From Chrysemys picta bellii (lineage: Eukaryota): 64,000 nucleotides of DNA. The notes below the pieces were generated by a model that did not search any database, was not told where the DNA came from, and saw only the letters and a program-made list of their open reading frames with translations. Shown one piece after another: positions 58,261 to 64,000 of this stretch (position 1 is the stretch's first letter; the number at the start of each line of letters is the position of its first letter). The translations under genes were made by a program, and so were the position numbers. The stretch spans positions 37,696,001 to 37,760,000 of the forward strand of contig NC_088803.1 in the NCBI RefSeq assembly GCF_011386835.1, read 5' to 3'.

Positions 58261-61200
58261 CTCATTCCAGTTTCCTTGGGATAAATTACTCAGTCTTCAA
58301 TCTCATTGCTTATTCGCTTAGCTAACATATTGTTGCTTCATAGAGTAAAGCATCCTTTAAGTTGCATGATGCATTCACACCTCTCTTGTGCATGACAATA
58401 GCTCTGTCTTTACATCTGTGTTCTTTTCTAGACCAAGTGTTCTTTTCTCTGTTAAATTTTCCTCTTCACTGGGATCTTGCACTTGGTTCGGTTATCCAAA
58501 AAAGAACTAATTCAATCAAGTAAGTTATCATTCAGTGCACATTAGTTTTAATGAGTAAATATAATTTATTGGTTAAATGGAATTTAAGTAAACTCCATTA
58601 AAGAGAACATCTAACTAGAGTGCTTGCCTCATGTCATCTGGCCATCACAGCAGATGTGTTATTCTAGCAATTGCTTTTTTCAGAGGCTGCCCAGTAACAG
58701 TGAGTGGTTTTGACTCATGTAATATGGAGCATGACAAGAGAGAACTTGATGTTAATAAGCCATAGTTTTAAGTTATTTAAAAATCATACTTTATAGGAAA
58801 TAATTTTATTACATTTTTTTAATCTTTGTATTAAAATTCAAAGTAGTTTAAAAGGATATAGCCATAAGGTATCCAAAAACGAATGGCAGCCTGGATAGAT
58901 ATTTTCAGTGTGCCCAGGGCCAGATTTTCCAACAAACTAGGTGCACAATTATGTACAATTGTATGCCCAGTTTGCATGTAGATTGCATGATTACAAGTGT
59001 TGATTGGGTAAATACTTTTGTAATTAATCATTTGCACAATCAGTTGCCCGATTTGCATGTATACTTGTGGTAAATGCTCATGTACATTAGGTGAGCAATT
59101 GCCTGTTCAATTCCATGTGCAAATTATCAAGATTTCTCATTACATTTACTTATGATGATAAATTCTCAAGTTCTCCAAGGATGTGCTTGTCTTTAAGGCA
59201 CCTTTTAAGAGTGTGGTTACTACCCTTTGACTGGATTAATACAAAAGGGACAAGTTCTGAAAATTAAAAGAAATTGCTTAAAGTTGTTGTTTTCAAAGCT
59301 CTTTTAGGCTAATTTGCTTGGATTTACAAAAGAGTTAAAATCTAAAATATGGTTACTTGTGGTCTTACTAGAGAATGCAAGATAATCTACAGTTATTTAT
59401 GTTTAAGAATAGAAGGGGGAATACAATTTTTTAAATTAAATTTCACCACTTCTTGTTATCCTTTAACTCTGGGATGGGGGAGAATCCTTTCCATGCGGCC
59501 AGGGTGTCAGTCGCACTTAGGATTCCACAGCTTCTTGTTGGGTTTAGCCAACTCACTTGGGCGCTCAGATTTCAGTTCTCTGTTTTTCTGCTGTTTCCAT
59601 TGGTTTCCAGGAGATGGTGTTGGTACATGACAAATGTATTTGATCCTTTTCTTATTGGCGTTTTTTATATTTGATTCCTTTCAAGGATTTCATTTCATTA
59701 TTAGCCCATACTATCACTTGGTGGGATTTCCCTTTAAGCAATTTCTCTTAGTTTTCCAAATTTATATCCTGGTTTATCTCTTTCAACATTCATTCTTCTT
59801 TGTGACAGACAATTCCTATTAGCCCTGGAGTGCAACAAATATTTATAATGAAAATTAACAAAATCCCTTCTTTTCTAAATTTGGAGGACATACTCAATAC
59901 ATTCTTTGATTGTACATAAGCATTTCACATTATTTAGGACTTACAATAGAACAAGAGACAGTTTCCCCATGGATAAGGCTATAGATCTGAAATGGGCAGC
60001 TTCTCATTTGGGGTGAAAGAAGATTATCCATGGTACATTTGATTTACAAGGAAAACAATGTATAGTTTGAGGTGAAAACTTGTGGCTTGGGTTTCTTGGG
60101 ATACCAGGTAGCTTGCTGAATTTGACCTTCAATCTTACAGCCAGTTATTTATATTTTGCTTAGCCTTCCCAACCCGTATCTTGATCCACTCACAATGTGC
60201 TGTGGGCCACTTTGCATAGGAGAGCAGGGGGTGACTTGCTTGGTAACTTGGTGTTCTTTTTAGCTAGGTTGGGGGAGAGAAAGAGATTTAATCCATAAAC
60301 AAATTATAAGAGGTTCTTGCTTAGGTGATTAACAACACTCTAATTTAGCCATTTTAGTTTCTGTTCTTGTGGAGAGAAACACCTGACTTTGTCTAAGGAC
60401 CCACAGATCAGCCAAAGTTCATTGTGTGATGTGAACCATTTTCTTATTGTCTTTACTTCTTAAAGTAAATAGGTGGGTCCTATTTTGGGATAAACAGAGG
60501 TGGAAACTTTTTTTATTTTTGAGGGCCAGAAGGAATCAGTAGCTATTAATCATTCAAGGCATATCTGTTCTATATATCCCTTACACAATATACTGACCAG
60601 ACTTTTGAAAATTCTAGGCATGCAATTGGATAGTTGCCATGACTTCACACACTCATGACCAGAACTAGCCACTTATTCACACAATTGCCTAATTTTGTGT
60701 GTACAGTAACTGCACACCAACATTAGACTTAATTTATTTGTCTGAACTCTTAGTAATACTGATCATATATTTAGTATAAAACATGAGTGCATGCGTGAGA
60801 TCCTTAGCTGGTCTAAATCACCTTGCTGATTTACACCAGCTGAAGCTGTAACTCAATGTCTCTGGCAGCAGAGAAGCCCCTTTCACATTATACTGCCCGC
60901 TAGGAAGCTAGAAAGATGTGCCGAAGAGAAAATGACCCAAATCCCTACTTCTAACAGTTGAAGGATCTGTACAAGTCTTTGAATGTATCATCACTGCACC
61001 AGTTTTGGATTTGAATAGGAAACTCCCTTTCACACAAGAAATTATAATCACTTAATATAGGCTGCCAGATGGAGACATCACAGAGCACTTGCTAGAAAGC
61101 CACACGGGGAAAGATTCATACAGACAGCAGCTGGTGAGAAGCAGCTGTAAAATCACCTCTCCAGAAGGGCACACAAAACTCAGCTCTCTTCCTGCATCAC

Positions 61201-61789
61201 CAACCCCCGATCAGTATCAGTGTATCAAGACTCCACATTGATGAGTAGTATTTATTATATTTTATTAATTGGATGCTGATAATATACAAGATGTTACACT
61301 GGGAACTTGGAGACATTCTCAGTCCTAAGCTGGAGGCTAGCAACAAAGTCCTTCACTCTTTTCTTTACTTTACTTTTTTTTTTTTTTAGGTTGTGTGGAT
61401 ATATTCTGTGTTTGGAAAGGAACTAGGATATTTTGGATGTCACCATCCTCTAAATAATATATAAGATAATATATCAGAGATAGTCATGAGATGATTTCTG
61501 CCATCCCATAGTTTTTTTTAAAATTAGGTTAAGGTGGGTTATTCATTTTATGGAAAGCCATACAAAAACCAATTCATGGCATATAGAGGGAAACGTAGGA
61601 ATGTCTGTTGACTTCTGTGGTGCCAGGATTTCACTCACAGTCTTTGCCCCAGTGATTCTGAAACTAGCAGACAAAATATTATAGGCAGAGAGCACTGTGG
61701 TGTGCCTATACTGAAGGTTGCCTAATCAAAAAGAACCTGTTGCCAGTTGTTTATAACTTTATCAAACTTTCACTGTTTGGGTTGAAATT

Positions 61790-61920
61790 TTCCAAATTTG
61801 GTTTCTGCAAATCACGAGTGGCAACATCCGCTTCATCTAGTAGTTAGAACAGGAGACTTGTCAGGAATTTTGGGTTCTTTCTCCAAGTCAGTCTATGTCT
61901 TTTCCCCTTTCTGTGCTTCT
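61790..61920 (+). mobile_element. Degenerate MIR-like SINE
   Basis: CTAGTAGTTAGAACAGGAGACTTG...CTTTCTGTGCTTCTTCCCTGTTTGTAAAAT. Confidence 0.5.
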
Positions 61921-62173
61921 TCCCTGTTTGTAAAATACTTACTTTTGTAAATTAGAGGTTGAGGGGAGACAGGGAATCCTTTCTTTAATTCAAAAATTTC
62001 CAGTTACATTTTTTTACCAACTCTACAATCAGTTGAAAAATGGGGGTGAGAAGGAGTCACTAAATGTTTCAATCTTTCTTAATTCTTTTAATATTGAAAT
62101 TTCATATTTCTTCAAAATTTAAAAAAATATTGTCCAACTCTATCTGAAATATTTTGAAGATATACAGTATATA

Positions 62174-62363
62174 CAGTAAAACTTTGTTACTCAGAAGTCA
62201 TTTATAGTGAAGTTGGTTACAGTGAAACTCCATTTCTAGCAATTTAAGTAGAATGAATGTCCTGAACTGTGCGCAAATACCAATTCCAGTTCCAGTGAAA
62301 CTTTCACTTAGCGTAAAGCTGCTCTGTGAAAATAGTGACTTTGCCTAAGGAAGGATTCCACTG
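62174..62363. mobile_element. Tc1/mariner (Tigger-like) MITE
   Basis: TA-CAGTAAAACT...GGATTCCACTG-TA termini (TA TSD) and repeated internal AGTGAA(A/G)(C/T)T motifs. Confidence 0.55.
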
Positions 62364-63763
62364 TATATATAATAATAGTAGGTTAATTCCTGCCCAAGAT
62401 CTGTGTTGATACACTGCCAGCAATGTTGAACAAAGGATAACAGTCACTATGATCCAAGAATACCAGCTGGGTGAATGCCCAGAAGCCTGGCTTTTCTAGG
62501 CGAGGCAGATATGGCTCAAAAGCAGGAAAAATTAGCTTGGTCAGCAAATGCTAACTAGTCTCTACCCATCCTGGACGTGGGAGTCCAAGGCCTGATGCCT
62601 GAGAATGGGAGGCATTAGTTTACCAATACAAATCGGCAAACTGGAAATGGATGGATAGACAGATAAGTAGACAGAGGATATACCAGACTGGACAACTTCT
62701 GCAGATCATAGGTGTCTGAGAGATTGTAATTTCTGAATTGTTCTACAGAAACATAAGGAAAACCGTAGCTTTTTCTCAAGGATAATTTTGCACCACTGTA
62801 TTTTTGTCAAAACAAACTCTTACAAGTCCCTTTTATTATGCATGATGCAGTCAAAAAGCTGACATAAAATCAAATTCTTTCCATGCCTCAAACTAATTAC
62901 TGTGCCCTTTTCACTCTAAGTATTGCCCTGTCATGAAATTCTTTAGCTAAATATTCTGAAAGGCATAAAATGCCACAGCTGACCAAACAAGCTGTGAAAT
63001 GACTAATGGCTTCAGCTTTAATCATCTACCTCTGAAGTACTAGTACTGTATCCATTTCTGTGAAACGTTTTTGGAACTGTTTGGCCCATCATGCATATCC
63101 AGAACGGGCAATTTAAAAAGTTTCACTACCACCATTTGTTTGGAAATGTCTTTGAATGGCTTCTTGTTTGGGAGGTTCCCATTGTGAAGTATTTGGTACA
63201 TCTTTTACTAGCTCAAGTTCCAATATTTATTTTAACCAGGTTAAAAACAATGGCAGACGCAAATGAAATGCAATTAAATGGAAGCTTTTAAATGAGTAAA
63301 CCCAGCACTCTGACAAAAGTATGAATTGCTCACAAGGTGCCTTTTATTGTCTGGGAAAGAAAATGTCTATTATGTGCTGAAGCTGGACTAGCAAAATCTC
63401 AACTTCCAGTTTTTCCTTACGCTAATTAGAAAGAAGTGGGATGCTGTTCAGGCTTCTGCTGCTCATGGAAACTCAGTTACAAACCTTTGTAATGTGGTAA
63501 GCTTTTTTTTTTTTAAGGCAAGTTCAAGCAACAGCTTCCTTTAAAGGCCTGTCTGAGTAGCAGTAAGCTGGCAAACAACAAACCTGATGCCTCTTTATCT
63601 GAACCGAAGGGGTTCTCCTCGTTAGCTCCTGTGCTTTCTGCTTGTCTTGTTGCCTGTCTGATTCTAGACATTTGATTGTCTCATTGCCTGCCTGTCTCTA
63701 GACATACAGAACACATTCTGCTGTCTCATTATCTGCATGCTGGGCTCACAGTTTGAAGATTTA

Positions 63764-63830
63764 GGGCCTGATTGGAAGGCCACTGAAGTCCGTGTCTTTC
63801 TATTGATTCCAGCGAGCTATGGATGAGGTT
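63764..63830. mobile_element. Short hairpin MITE (degenerate)
   Basis: TTA-GGGCCTGATT...CACTGAAGTC...ATTGATTCC...GGATGAGG. Confidence 0.5.
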
Positions 63831-64000
63831 GAAATTAACATAGGATGCTCTTCGTAAAAACTTGCATTTGGATAATCTAGGTATTCTTTCCTTTCAATGC
63901 AGGAAGCTGGGTGTGGTTTCTATCTGTGACTCATGAAAGAAAATAACAGATTTAGATGCATTAGCTTAGGGGTGGGGTGGAGGGGAAGGATAGATTTATG

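Noticed and set aside
59450-59900. T-rich stretch as an antisense L1/Tx1 LINE fragment
   Set aside because: Strand asymmetry is suggestive, but I found no endonuclease or RT motif in any frame.
1-64000. CRISPR array, rRNA, prokaryotic or viral insert, Helitron or Polinton
   Set aside because: No regularly spaced direct repeats, no long intact ORFs, and no Rep/helicase, PolB or capsid motifs were seen.

Overview
This is vertebrate non-coding DNA, almost certainly from a cryptodiran turtle. That call is an inference from recognisable repeat families: the tortoise Pol III/SINE, turtle-type Penelope termini, CR1, and turtle hAT/Harbinger MITEs. I found no intact host protein-coding exon, tRNA, rRNA or CRISPR array; the window reads as intronic or intergenic. 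It is a layered record of transposable elements: (1) a two-LTR Gypsy element (24969-28992) whose integrase core is deleted; (2) an older minus-strand Gypsy relic (about 52270-53770); (3) four solo LTRs with 5-bp target-site duplications (TSDs); (4) a 5'-truncated CR1; (5) a Penelope-like element (RT + GIY-YIG) with a duplicated, inverted 5' end; (6) three short Penelope-terminus insertions; (7) a hAT transposase relic with an internal inversion; (8) many hAT, Harbinger and Tigger-like MITEs, often nested; (9) two young tRNA-SINEs, several MIR/CORE-SINEs and many ancient hairpin elements. The most interesting signal is a complete minimal, probably dimer-type, hammerhead ribozyme (18441-18480) carried by a 136-bp TSD-flanked Penelope-terminus insertion. 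A sister copy (37382-37476) starts almost exactly at the predicted self-cleavage site, which suggests a ribozyme-processed non-autonomous retroelement. Hammerheads in Penelope elements are already known as a class. I cannot support a wholly new biological system from the sequence alone. All coordinates and identities were read by eye.
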